From Bacteroidota bacterium (GTDB taxonomy: Bacteria; Bacteroidota; Bacteroidia; Chitinophagales; Chitinophagaceae): DNA of 54,637 bases. The stretch spans positions 1 through 54,637 of the forward strand of contig JBDKLG010000004.1 in assembly GCA_039795695.1 (NCBI GenBank), written 5' to 3'. Under the pieces are notes generated by a model. The model worked only from the letters and a program-made list of their open reading frames with translations. It was not told the DNA's origin and did not search any database. Of this stretch, positions 18,738 through 27,696 are shown in pieces (the stretch's first letter is position 1; every line of letters starts with the position of its first letter). The position numbers and the translations under genes were made by a program.

Positions 18738-20117
18738 ATGTCCATAAATTTTCAGGAATCATTGTCTGCCATGCGCAGCTATTTCGATTCAGGTATTACC
18801 AGGTCTTATTCATTCCGGAAGGAGCAATTACTGGCATTAAAAAAAGCAGTCGAAAATTCCGAACAGGAACTATATGCTGCTTTATATGCGGATTTAAAGA
18901 AAAGCAAAGAGGAATGCTGGGTAACAGAAAATGGATTTTTTCTGGCAGAGTTAAATGACACATTAAAACATTTGAAAAAATGGATGGAATATGAAGCAGT
19001 GTCGACCAATTTGTTAAACCTGCCTTCCGGCAGCAGGATTATGAAAGAACCCATGGGTGTTAGTTTATTAATTGGTCCATGGAATTATCCCTTTCAACTA
19101 ATGTTCACCCCTTTATTAGGGGCGATTGCTGCAGGAAACTGTGTAGTAGTAAAACCGAGTGAATTTGCCCCAGCAACAGCATTGGTAATGCAGCAGATTA
19201 TCGAGTCAACTTTCCCCAAAGAATTTATTCTTTGTGTTCCCGGCGATGGTGCTGAAGTAATACCTGCCATGATGCATCATTTCCGTTTTGATCATGTGTT
19301 TTATACCGGCAGTACGGCTGTTGGGCGAATCATTTATACAATGGCCGCAGAACAACTGGTGCCGGTTACTCTGGAACTTGGCGGCAAGAGCCCCTGTGTG
19401 GTTGAAGAAGATGCCAATACCAGGATAGCGGCAAAAAGAATCGTCATGACCAAGTTTTCCAATGCAGGGCAAATGTGTGTGGCACCGGATTATTTACTGG
19501 TACATGCTTCAAAAAAAGACGCATTGGTTAATGAACTAAAGAAAAGAATCCTGCAGTTTTTTGGTGAAGATGCATCTGCAAGCGATAATTATGGCAAGAT
19601 GATCAATGAAAAACAATTTGACAGGGTAGTCGGCTATTTTTCAGGTGGGAAGATATTGTATGGCGGAAAGTCAAACAAAGACTCACTTTATATTGAACCC
19701 ACTCTAATGGAAATTGTTAATATGGACGCACCGGTGATGAAAGATGAAATATTCGGGCCTGTATTGCCTGTGATAAGTTTTGAAACGATGGCAGAAGCGA
19801 AAGCCATTATTGCCAGAAACCCCAACCCGCTTGCTTTTTATGTGTTTACATCCAGTCATGAGAGAGAAGAGCAATGGTTGAATGATGTTCCTGCCGGCGG
19901 CGCCTGTGTAAACAATTGCAGCTGGCATTTAACCAATCCCCGCCTGCCCTTTGGCGGAAGAGGTTCCAGCGGAACCGGTGCTTATCATGGTAAAAACTCT
20001 TTTGATACTTTTACCCATCGAAAAGCCGTGATGAAAACACCTACCTGGTTTGACCCGGCACTGAAATATCCGCCATTTAAAGGGAAGCTTGGCATTTTTA
20101 AATGGGTGATCAGGTGA
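18738..20117 (+). CDS. NAD(P)-dependent aldehyde dehydrogenase (ALDH3-like)
   Basis: 'PWNYP', 'KPSE', 'FYTGS', 'LELGGKSP', 'NAGQMCVAPDY', 'EIFGP'. Confidence 0.93.
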   Translation: MSINFQESLSAMRSYFDSGITRSYSFRKEQLLALKKAVENSEQELYAALYADLKKSKEECWVTENGFFLAELNDTLKHLKKWMEYEAVSTNLLNLPSGSRIMKEPMGVSLLIGPWNYPFQLMFTPLLGAIAAGNCVVVKPSEFAPATALVMQQIIESTFPKEFILCVPGDGAEVIPAMMHHFRFDHVFYTGSTAVGRIIYTMAAEQLVPVTLELGGKSPCVVEEDANTRIAAKRIVMTKFSNAGQMCVAPDYLLVHASKKDALVNELKKRILQFFGEDASASDNYGKMINEKQFDRVVGYFSGGKILYGGKSNKDSLYIEPTLMEIVNMDAPVMKDEIFGPVLPVISFETMAEAKAIIARNPNPLAFYVFTSSHEREEQWLNDVPAGGACVNNCSWHLTNPRLPFGGRGSSGTGAYHGKNSFDTFTHRKAVMKTPTWFDPALKYPPFKGKLGIFKWVIR

Positions 20118-20118
20118 G

Positions 20119-20224
20119 GATGAAATGAATGAATGAGTGGACAGGCAGATTTGTTAGGCAGCATCGTTCCCTCATTCAGCAATTTAAAAATCCGCAAATC
20201 CACTCATTCGACAATCCGCAAATT
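20119..20224. repeat. Inverted array of degenerate 8-bp repeats with no enclosed gene
   Basis: Perfect 11-bp inverted repeat GAATGAGTGGA (20131-20141) / TCCACTCATTC (20199-20209). The right arm is 8-periodic: CATTCAGC AATTTAAA AATCCGCA AATCCACT CATTCGAC AATCCGCA AATT (20173-20224). Confidence 0.7.
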
Positions 20225-20230
20225 CTTCCT

Positions 20231-20887
20231 ATGAAAAAATGGATACTGATATTTCTCCTGCTGGTAATTGTACTATTCATGATTAAACGCAATAATATGA
20301 CCTGGCGCCAATCGATGCTTAAAATCACCTATCCATTGGTGATGTTGAAATCAACAGTGTTTCCGCATGAAAAGGAAATACAGGTTAACAGGAATGACAG
20401 CAAACCATTGGTCGATTTTTTTTCTCTGCAGCCGATTGCCAATAATGGCGACAGGGTTGACCTGCAACAGTTCAAGGGAAAAAAAATTCTTCTGGTGAAT
20501 ACGGCCAGCGACTGTGGCTATACTGCGCAGTACGAAGAGCTGGAAACATTGTTCAGGCAGAACAAGGACAAACTCATCATCATTGCTTTCCCGTCTAATG
20601 ATTTTAAGCAACAGGAAAAAAAAGACGATCAGGCTATTGCTGAATTCTGTAAAATAAATTATGGCATCAGTTTTCTATTGATGAAAAAAACACAGGTAGT
20701 GAAAGGAAATGAGCAGAATGAAGTGTTTCAATGGCTGAGTAGCGCGAATAAGAATGGCTGGTGCAATCAGCAGCCTGTTTGGAATTTCAGCAAATACCTG
20801 GTCAATGAGGAGGGGGTGCTTACCCATTTTTTTGCACAAACCGTATCGCCATTAAGCGAAGAGATAAAAAAAGCGATCAGTAGATAA
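20231..20887 (+). CDS. Glutathione peroxidase family protein (Cys type) with N-terminal membrane anchor
   Basis: 'VNTASDCGYTAQY', 'AFPSNDFKQQE', 'WNFSKYLV'; start ATG at 20231. Confidence 0.9.
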   Translation: MKKWILIFLLLVIVLFMIKRNNMTWRQSMLKITYPLVMLKSTVFPHEKEIQVNRNDSKPLVDFFSLQPIANNGDRVDLQQFKGKKILLVNTASDCGYTAQYEELETLFRQNKDKLIIIAFPSNDFKQQEKKDDQAIAEFCKINYGISFLLMKKTQVVKGNEQNEVFQWLSSANKNGWCNQQPVWNFSKYLVNEEGVLTHFFAQTVSPLSEEIKKAISR

Positions 20888-20931
20888 TTTTGCAGGAGTG
20901 CTTACAATTTCTATCGAAACAAATTACCCTG

Positions 20932-21969
20932 CTAAACCGGGCATTTCTCGTGGTAATTAATCAGTTCAATAGGTGTTCGATCAATGCTGTAGCCATGGTA
21001 TTTTTCTTTCACTTCGTCCAATACGGCTTCCACTTCTTCAATATTTTTAAGGGTCACCAGCCTGCCCCTGAATTCTTTTATATTGGGAAGTCCTTTTAAA
21101 TAATTGGTATAGTGTTGCCGCATTTCATTGATACCTGCAATGGGTCCCTTCCATTCGAGGGATTTTCTCAAATGTTTTCGGGCTACTTCCACCCTTTCTT
21201 CAATGGTAGGTGGGGCCAGTAATTCGCCTGTTGCAACAAAATGTTTTATTTCACGAAATATCCATGGGTAGCCAATGGCAGCCCTGCCAATCATAATCCC
21301 GTCTACACCATACCTGTTTTTGTACTCAAGTGCTTTTTGCGGACTATCAATATCCCCGTTACCGAAAACCGGTATCCTGATTCTGGGATTGTTTTTTACC
21401 TTGGCTATTAGGGTCCAGTCGGCCTGCCCCTTGTACATTTGTGCACGGGTGCGTCCATGAATGGCCACTGCTTTGATGCCCACATCCTGCAGGCGTTCTA
21501 CTACTTCTTCAATATTTTTTGTCTCATCATCCCAGCCCAACCTGGTTTTTACGGTAACAGGCAATCTGGTGCTTTTTACTACTGCTTCGGTAAGGCGAAC
21601 CATCAGGTCAATATCTTTTAATACACCTGCTCCCGCACCCTTGGTAACCACTTTTTTAACCGGGCATCCGAAATTGATATCCAGCAAATCAGGGTTAACA
21701 GTTTCTACTATTTTGGCACTCAAGGCCATAGCTTCTTCATCCCCTCCAAAAATCTGGATACCAACGGGGCGCTCATAATCAAATATGTCTAGTTTCTGGC
21801 GGCTTTTGATGGCATCTCTGATCAGCCCTTCACTGCTAATGAATTCGGTATACATGAGGTCGGCACCATTATCTTTGCAAACAGCACGAAAGGGCGGGTC
21901 GCTCACATCTTCCATGGGCGCCAATAAAAGCGGAAAATCAGGTAATGTTATTTGGTCTATTTTAACCAT
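20932..21969 (-). CDS. dusB: tRNA-dihydrouridine synthase B
   Basis: 'LAPMEDVSD', 'DINFGCP', 'VKTRLGW', 'HGRTR', 'NGDI', 'MIGR'. Confidence 0.93.
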   Translation of the reverse strand: MVKIDQITLPDFPLLLAPMEDVSDPPFRAVCKDNGADLMYTEFISSEGLIRDAIKSRQKLDIFDYERPVGIQIFGGDEEAMALSAKIVETVNPDLLDINFGCPVKKVVTKGAGAGVLKDIDLMVRLTEAVVKSTRLPVTVKTRLGWDDETKNIEEVVERLQDVGIKAVAIHGRTRAQMYKGQADWTLIAKVKNNPRIRIPVFGNGDIDSPQKALEYKNRYGVDGIMIGRAAIGYPWIFREIKHFVATGELLAPPTIEERVEVARKHLRKSLEWKGPIAGINEMRQHYTNYLKGLPNIKEFRGRLVTLKNIEEVEAVLDEVKEKYHGYSIDRTPIELINYHEKCPV

Positions 21970-22078
21970 ATTGCTTACTTAACCGGGGAAGGTGGTATCC
22001 TTTCATTTTACCTTTTATCCTTTCCCTGTAAAAATCAGTTTTAATAATTTGCAAATTTACAACCTTATTTTTCAATAG

Positions 22079-23017
22079 ATGAATCAAAAGCAGGCGCTTA
22101 CCTACCCGGCACAATTTGCCTTTTTATTGGGTTTCATGGGGGTTTTTATGATTTTAAGTGCCCTTTTAACAGGGTTTTTGGGAACTGTTTTCTTGCAAGT
22201 ACCCTATATACAGGTAATCAAAGAGATGAATTTACCGCAGCATGCGAATTTTGCGCGCGGCATTAATACACTTGCCTCTTTTCTTACATTTTTTCTTCCT
22301 GCTTTTATATTGGCCCGGCTTTTACAGAAAAACCCATTCAGCCAGCTGGGCTTTCATGCGAATATGAGCAGTAAGCAGGTATTGTGGGTGGTTATCATCA
22401 CTTTTGCGAGTATGGTATTAAGCGGTGCCCTGGGAGAACTTAATGAGCAAATCCCCCTTCCCGCCAATCTGTTCAAAAAAGCAAAGGAACTGGAAGAAGT
22501 ATATAAGACTTCCATGATGGGAATGGTAAAAATGAAAAACAATGCCGACTATGGTTTGGCAATATTGGTATTGGCCGCCGCACCTGCACTGTTTGAAGAG
22601 GTTTTGTTCAGAGGAGGATTTCAACAGGTATTTATTGGTTGGACAAAAAAACCGGTAACAGGGATTATTATTACCAGTGTCTTGTTCAGCGCGGTACATT
22701 TTTCTTATTTTGGTTTTCTTCCAAGAGTGGCACTGGGAATGGTTTTGGGGCTTATTTTCTTTTACAGTAAAAATATCTGGCTCAGTGTTCTGCTGCATTT
22801 TCTCAACAATGCATTCATTGTGACACAATTGTATGCAGCCTCCAAAAAAGGAATTTCAATTGAAAAAACAATGGATGAAAGCATGCCCATTTGGTGGGGT
22901 GTGGTTGCATTGGCTGTTTTACTGATTCTTTTTCATTCCTTCAGAAAAGAAAGTGCATTGATTTTAGCGACTTCCCAAACCCCGATTGATTCAACACCTG
23001 AAAACCCCCTTTCCTGA
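22079..23017 (+). CDS. CPBP family (CAAX/Abi) intramembrane metalloprotease
   Basis: 'EEVLFRG', 'FSAVH', 'HFLNN' motifs; multiple TM helices. Confidence 0.9.
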   Translation: MNQKQALTYPAQFAFLLGFMGVFMILSALLTGFLGTVFLQVPYIQVIKEMNLPQHANFARGINTLASFLTFFLPAFILARLLQKNPFSQLGFHANMSSKQVLWVVIITFASMVLSGALGELNEQIPLPANLFKKAKELEEVYKTSMMGMVKMKNNADYGLAILVLAAAPALFEEVLFRGGFQQVFIGWTKKPVTGIIITSVLFSAVHFSYFGFLPRVALGMVLGLIFFYSKNIWLSVLLHFLNNAFIVTQLYAASKKGISIEKTMDESMPIWWGVVALAVLLILFHSFRKESALILATSQTPIDSTPENPLS

Positions 23018-23223
23018 TGCAATCCTGGAAAAAAATATTCTCAACAAGAAATATGGCAGAAGCCTCGATTATCCGGGGAATGCTCGACGAAAACGAAATT
23101 CCTGTTCAGCTCATGAATAAGCAGGACAGCAGTTACCTCAATTTTGGAGATATTGAACTGTATGTGCCCGGGCATTTAACGGAAACGGCCAAACAGCTGG
23201 TGGATCAAACTTTGTTAAACTGA
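23017..23223 (+). CDS. DUF2007 / putative signal-transducing small protein
   Basis: 'W....EASIIRGMLDENEIP....KQDSSY..FGDIELYV'; translationally coupled (TGATG). Confidence 0.8.
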   Translation: MQSWKKIFSTRNMAEASIIRGMLDENEIPVQLMNKQDSSYLNFGDIELYVPGHLTETAKQLVDQTLLN

Positions 23224-23280
23224 CCTTTATTTGCGGCTACCGGTTCAAATTCTTTTCGGATACTAATTTGGTTTTTTTAC

Positions 23281-23318
23281 TCATTCATTCGTACTTCGTA
23301 TCGTGTAATTCCTATTTC
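23281..23318. repeat. Degenerate 7-bp array upstream of cdsA
   Basis: TCATTCA TTCGTAC TTCGTAT CGTGTAA TTCCTAT TTC, ending just before ATG 23321. Confidence 0.45.
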
Positions 23319-23320
23319 AG

Positions 23321-24187
23321 ATGCCTTTTGATTTTCAGACATTTAAAACCCGTGCCCTTACCGCTATCTTATTCGTAGTGGTAATGCTGGCAGGCTTGCT
23401 ATACAATTGGTGGAGTTTTCTTTTGCTTTTTTCGGTGATTCATTTTGGCTGCTGGGTAGAATACCAAAAGCTGGTCGCTTTAATTGATCCGGCATATAAA
23501 ACCATTAAACCATTGCATAAATACGGGGTTATGTTAATTGGCTGGGGAGCCATGCTATGGATGGTTGATGTAAAGCGTGAAATAGATCATATCGCTATTC
23601 CTGTTTTTGGCTGGTCGGTTTTTTGGCTGGGAATGACCTTGTTTATATTAAGCGAAATGCTGCTGGCCAAAATTTTACAGCCCAAATTATGGGCACATTC
23701 TTTTTTTGGCTTTTTGTATATTTCCATCAGCTGGGCTTGTATGATGCAGCTATGGGGAAACCTCGATGGCAGGGCTTTAGACAGCAATTATCCCTGGATG
23801 CTGCCGGTATTATTAATTGCTGCTATCTGGATCAACGATACGATGGCCTACCTGGTTGGATCTTTTATTGGCAAAACCCCCCTCTCGCCAATCTCTCCCA
23901 AAAAAACATGGGAAGGAACTATTGGCGGGGCTTTGCTGGCAATAGGGGTTGTAACCGGCATGGGAAATTCAATAGGGCATTTTCCGGTTAAAACATTATT
24001 GCTCATTTCGCTCACGGCCTCTGTTGCCGGAACATTGGGCGATTTGCTTGAAAGCAAATTGAAGAGGCTGGCAGGCGTAAAAGACAGCGGACAAATAATG
24101 CCAGGCCATGGTGGATTTCTGGACCGTTTCGATTCTTTGTTAATTGCCACAACTGTTTTAAGGCTTTTTCTGTACCTTTTTAATTAA
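23321..24187 (+). CDS. cdsA: Phosphatidate cytidylyltransferase
   Basis: 'NDTMAYLVG', 'ISPKKTWEG', 'GDLLESKLKR..GVKDSG..MPGHGGFLDRFDS'. Confidence 0.95.
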   Translation: MPFDFQTFKTRALTAILFVVVMLAGLLYNWWSFLLLFSVIHFGCWVEYQKLVALIDPAYKTIKPLHKYGVMLIGWGAMLWMVDVKREIDHIAIPVFGWSVFWLGMTLFILSEMLLAKILQPKLWAHSFFGFLYISISWACMMQLWGNLDGRALDSNYPWMLPVLLIAAIWINDTMAYLVGSFIGKTPLSPISPKKTWEGTIGGALLAIGVVTGMGNSIGHFPVKTLLLISLTASVAGTLGDLLESKLKRLAGVKDSGQIMPGHGGFLDRFDSLLIATTVLRLFLYLFN

Positions 24188-24234
24188 GGCATAAGCGCCA
24201 ATAGTTCCCTGATTGCAATCTCAATATTCCGTTT

Positions 24235-24242
24235 TACATTTG
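24235..24242 (+). promoter_or_regulatory. -7 promoter element for psd
   Basis: TACATTTG, 17 nt before the ATG. Confidence 0.55.
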
Positions 24243-24259
24243 CTGTTCAACAACCAAGC

Positions 24260-24916
24260 ATGTATATACATAGAGAAGGATACAGGACCATTGCCATTAC
24301 CGCATTGATTTTTGGCATTTTGAATTTATTATCCTTTACATTCTTAAGTGCTTCACTGCCATGGCTGGCCATGATCTTATTCGTGGTTACATTGGGATTG
24401 TTTTTATTTATTATTTCCTTTTTTAGAATACCCAACCGGGTTTTGACAATTGATGAAAATAAAATAATCTGCCCGGCAGATGGCAAAGTAGTAGTAATTG
24501 AAGAAGTAACAGAAGTGGAGTATTTTAAAGACAGGCGTTTACAGCTAAGTGTTTTTATGAGTCCTGCCAATGTACATGTAAACAGGAACCCGATTGGAGG
24601 CGAAATAGTTTATAACCAATACCATAAAGGGAAATACCTGGTAGCCTGGCATCCCAAATCATCTACTGAAAATGAACGATGGTCTGTTGTAACAAGAAAC
24701 AATAAGGGAGAAATTTTATACAAACAGATAGCCGGAGCCCTGGCAAAACGCATTTGCAACTATACCAGTGTAGGCCAAAAAGTTTCGCAATGTGATGAAT
24801 ATGGTTTTATCAAGTTTGGCAGCAGGGTAGATATTCTCCTGCCACTGAATGCACAGATTCATGTGAAGCTAAATGAAGTAGTAAAGGGGGGAGTAACTGT
24901 TTTGGCAAGCTGGTAA
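24260..24916 (+). CDS. psd: Phosphatidylserine decarboxylase proenzyme
   Basis: 'FFR.P', 'PADGKV', 'FMSPANVHVNR', 'QIAG', autocleavage motif 'KFGSRVD'. Confidence 0.93.
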   Translation: MYIHREGYRTIAITALIFGILNLLSFTFLSASLPWLAMILFVVTLGLFLFIISFFRIPNRVLTIDENKIICPADGKVVVIEEVTEVEYFKDRRLQLSVFMSPANVHVNRNPIGGEIVYNQYHKGKYLVAWHPKSSTENERWSVVTRNNKGEILYKQIAGALAKRICNYTSVGQKVSQCDEYGFIKFGSRVDILLPLNAQIHVKLNEVVKGGVTVLASW

Positions 24917-25011
24917 GGGCTTTGAAAGCATATTTTTAACAATTTAGAGGCTTTCCGATCGATTAATTAGCCTATATTAGTACCAATTTTATAACATTAA
25001 ACAGTTCCTAT

Positions 25012-25239
25012 ATGAAAAAAGTGTTTTTACTCGCAACCGCTGCATTTTTGGTAACAGGGATGGCATTTGCACATGAAGGTGATAAGAAAGGCACCAAAGA
25101 TTGCTGCAAAGACAAAAAGGAATGTAAAATGGATTCGAAAGAATGCAAAACAAACATGAAAGACTGCAAAATGGATTCCAAAAAAGAAACCAAAACAGCA
25201 GCAACCAAAACAACAAGCAAGTCAACGGTTAAATCATAG
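25012..25239 (+). CDS. Small secreted Lys/Cys/Met-rich protein with heptad repeats
   Basis: Signal peptide ending AFA; four 21-bp DNA repeats (25099-25182) encoding DCCKDKK-ECKMDSK-ECKTNMK-DCKMDSK; followed by a terminator. Confidence 0.8.
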   Translation: MKKVFLLATAAFLVTGMAFAHEGDKKGTKDCCKDKKECKMDSKECKTNMKDCKMDSKKETKTAATKTTSKSTVKS

Positions 25240-25260
25240 TTGCAACAGCATCAAAAAATT

Positions 25261-25284
25261 AAAGCCCCGGTTAGGGGCTTTTTT
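25261..25284. terminator. Bidirectional terminator
   Basis: AAAGCCCC / GGGGCTTT stem flanked by A and T runs, between convergent genes. Confidence 0.75.
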
Positions 25285-25295
25285 AATGCGTACGG

Positions 25296-25991
25296 TCAAA
25301 GAATGTTTTCCAGTTCTTTCAGGTGGTAAACCGTATAAGTTGGTGTTATATGCGGCGATAAGTTCAAATGATTTACAAAAATAGTATCCAGGCCTGCATT
25401 AATACCACCTTGTATGTCTGCATCCAGATTATCTCCTATCATAATACTTTCTTTTGCAAGTGCCCCTGTTTTGGCCAAAGCATATTCAAAAATTTCTTTG
25501 TTGGGCTTAAGGCTATTGCTCGCTTCAGAAGTGATTACCGCTTCAAAAAATGAGTGAAGCCTGGCGTGCTTTAATTTGTTGTGCTGAACATTTTCAAATC
25601 CATTGGTTACCAGGTGCAGGTGATAGCTTTTCTCTTTTAGATAAGTGAGTATTTCTACTGTGTAGGGGAAAAGCCTGTTTTTGGCAGGTAACTGCTCGAG
25701 AAACTGTACAGAAAGCATTTTTGATAAACTTTCATCCGCAATTTTAAAATCCAGCAATGCCAGCCACATCCTTTTCCACCTCAATTCGTCCTGTTTGATG
25801 AAACCCTTGGTATACCTGTCCCAGAGGCGATGGTTATGGTAACTGTATTTTTGAAAAAAAAGTTCAAAATCCTGAATACCCCTGGCTTCCAATCCATTGC
25901 TGTTATATAAGTCGTTTAGTGTTTCCTTTGAATTGGTTTCAAAATCCCACAAAGTGTGGTCCAGGTCAAAAAACAGGTGCCGGTATCGCAT
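25296..25991 (-). CDS. yjjG: YjjG family noncanonical pyrimidine nucleotidase (HAD)
   Basis: 'FFDLDHTLWDF', 'TNG', 'KP..EIF', 'MIGDNL..DI.G'. Confidence 0.9.
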   Translation of the reverse strand: MRYRHLFFDLDHTLWDFETNSKETLNDLYNSNGLEARGIQDFELFFQKYSYHNHRLWDRYTKGFIKQDELRWKRMWLALLDFKIADESLSKMLSVQFLEQLPAKNRLFPYTVEILTYLKEKSYHLHLVTNGFENVQHNKLKHARLHSFFEAVITSEASNSLKPNKEIFEYALAKTGALAKESIMIGDNLDADIQGGINAGLDTIFVNHLNLSPHITPTYTVYHLKELENIL

Positions 25992-26065
25992 CTTGCAAAA
26001 TACGAACTTAGTAATAGAACTGCCGCTTGTTTAAGAAAAAGTTAGCAGTTCATCTTCTGTTCTTC

Positions 26066-26073
26066 TAACTTTG
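26066..26073 (+). promoter_or_regulatory. -7 element 4 nt before the SDR start codon (probably leaderless transcript)
   Basis: TAACTTTG followed by TTTT-ATG. Confidence 0.6.
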
Positions 26074-26077
26074 TTTT

Positions 26078-26776
26078 ATGAACATCATTATTACGGGTGC
26101 ATCCAAAGGAATTGGTAAAGCTATTGCAGAAGCATTTGCTGTAGCGGGTAATACCCTGCTCATATGCAGCAGAAATGAAAAGTCCTTGCATGATGCAGTG
26201 ACTGGTATGCAAGCATCTTTTCCCGATTGCAATATTAAAGCCATGCCGGCAGATCTTTCAGACCCAGCAGCTGCAAAAGCTTTTGGACACTGGTGTTTAA
26301 GTTTTGGCACACCGGATATCCTCGTTAACAATGCAGGTATTTTCGAATCCGGAACCATTCAGGCGGAAAGAGAAGGGCAATTGGAAAACCTGCTGAAAGT
26401 TAATTTATACAGCGCATACCATCTTACCAGAACAGTTATGCCCGCAATGATTGAAAAAGGCAGGGGTCATATATTTAATATCTGTTCCATAGCATCATTG
26501 AATGCCTATCCAAATGGGGGCAGTTATGGAATAAGCAAGTTTGCCCTATTGGGGTTTTCCAGAAACCTGCGGGAAGAGTTGAAAATGAAGGGGATCAAGG
26601 TAACCGCTGTTTGTCCAGGAGCCACCATGAGCGATAGCTGGAGTGGATCTTCTATTAGTCCGGAAAGAATTATGGAAGCAGCCGACTTAGCGAAAATGAT
26701 TTTTGCTGCCGCAAATTTATCTAACACTGCCGTGGTAGAAGACATTGTTATGCGCCCACAACAGGGAGATCTGTAG
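26078..26776 (+). CDS. Short-chain dehydrogenase/reductase
   Basis: TGASKGIG, NNAG, YGISK. Confidence 0.92.
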   Translation: MNIIITGASKGIGKAIAEAFAVAGNTLLICSRNEKSLHDAVTGMQASFPDCNIKAMPADLSDPAAAKAFGHWCLSFGTPDILVNNAGIFESGTIQAEREGQLENLLKVNLYSAYHLTRTVMPAMIEKGRGHIFNICSIASLNAYPNGGSYGISKFALLGFSRNLREELKMKGIKVTAVCPGATMSDSWSGSSISPERIMEAADLAKMIFAAANLSNTAVVEDIVMRPQQGDL

Positions 26777-27664
26777 CTAACTATTTTCTCCCGACAATAA
26801 TATTTGCCATGCTTCGGCAACTTTTCCGCTATTTAATAATTCTCCTGCATAAATATGTAATTCTTTTTCCATCTCGGCGGGATTGATGGAGAAATATTGC
26901 ACAATATTTTTTAAACGGGTGTCTTCAAAAGCAGGATTGATTTCCGGAATATCGCGAACATTGGCTAACTGGCCCAGCTGATTACCGGTTAGTACGGTAC
27001 TCTTCCTGATTCCTTCCGGTAAAGCATCAACACCAATCCCCAATTGGGTATTGGGCTTTTCTACTTTGAATAAATTGGATGCATCTGTTTTACAATACCA
27101 GTCGCCCCCCAGTCGCGCAACCAGATGAAATTTGGTCTGGTCAATTTTACCATCAGCGCCAAGAATCGATTCATCTACATGCATACACAATACTTCTGCA
27201 ATTACCAGCTGGCCGGCACCCCCCTCATCACCCAGGCTTTTTATCTCGGTCACCTTGCATTCCAGTTTCACTTTCGCTTCCTTTACCATTGGGGGTTTTA
27301 CCATGGTAGCAGGCTCTTTGGTAAAACCTGATTTCACAAACTCATCTACCCCTTTCGGAAATTCACAACTGGATAAACTGGTTTGCTGTACCATGGCATA
27401 ATCTACCATATTGATCACACATTCAGGTATTTCCAGCAGGTTCTGTAAAGTATGTTTGGTGGTATTGTCGCGAACCCTTCTGGAAGGAGAAAAAATGACA
27501 ACCGGCGGGTTGGTAGAGAACAAATTAAAAAAACTAAACGGGCTTAGGTTAACATTGCCGTCTTTGTCAATGGTACTGGCAAAACAGATTGGTCTGGGAG
27601 CAATGGCATGTTGCAGCCAGTGCTGTTTCTCCATTATTGATAAATCACTGAAATTCAGGAGCAT
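26777..27664 (-). CDS. Flavin reductase family (DIM6/NTAB-like) protein
   Basis: 'PRPICFAST...NLSPFSFFN', 'KHTLQN', 'ARLGGDWY'. Confidence 0.88.
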   Translation of the reverse strand: MLLNFSDLSIMEKQHWLQHAIAPRPICFASTIDKDGNVNLSPFSFFNLFSTNPPVVIFSPSRRVRDNTTKHTLQNLLEIPECVINMVDYAMVQQTSLSSCEFPKGVDEFVKSGFTKEPATMVKPPMVKEAKVKLECKVTEIKSLGDEGGAGQLVIAEVLCMHVDESILGADGKIDQTKFHLVARLGGDWYCKTDASNLFKVEKPNTQLGIGVDALPEGIRKSTVLTGNQLGQLANVRDIPEINPAFEDTRLKNIVQYFSINPAEMEKELHIYAGELLNSGKVAEAWQILLSGENS

Positions 27665-27668
27665 AATT

Positions 27669-27696
27669 AATTAACGGATTAGCGGATTAACGGATT
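27669..27696. repeat. 8-bp tandem array, left arm of the inverted pair flanking the four-helix-bundle gene
   Basis: AA TTAACGGA TTAGCGGA TTAACGGA TT; contains the gene's stop codon. Confidence 0.85.

Noticed and set aside
20129-20230. N-terminal extension of glutathione peroxidase given by the ORF track
   Set aside because: It is a read-through of the intergenic octamer array; ATG 20231 begins a proper signal/anchor sequence.
20231-20887. Selenocysteine glutathione peroxidase
   Set aside because: The active-site codon is TGT (Cys) and there is no in-frame TGA.
25099-25182. CRISPR or non-coding repeat array
   Set aside because: The 21-bp units have no spacers and are in frame within a secreted protein, so they are coding repeats.
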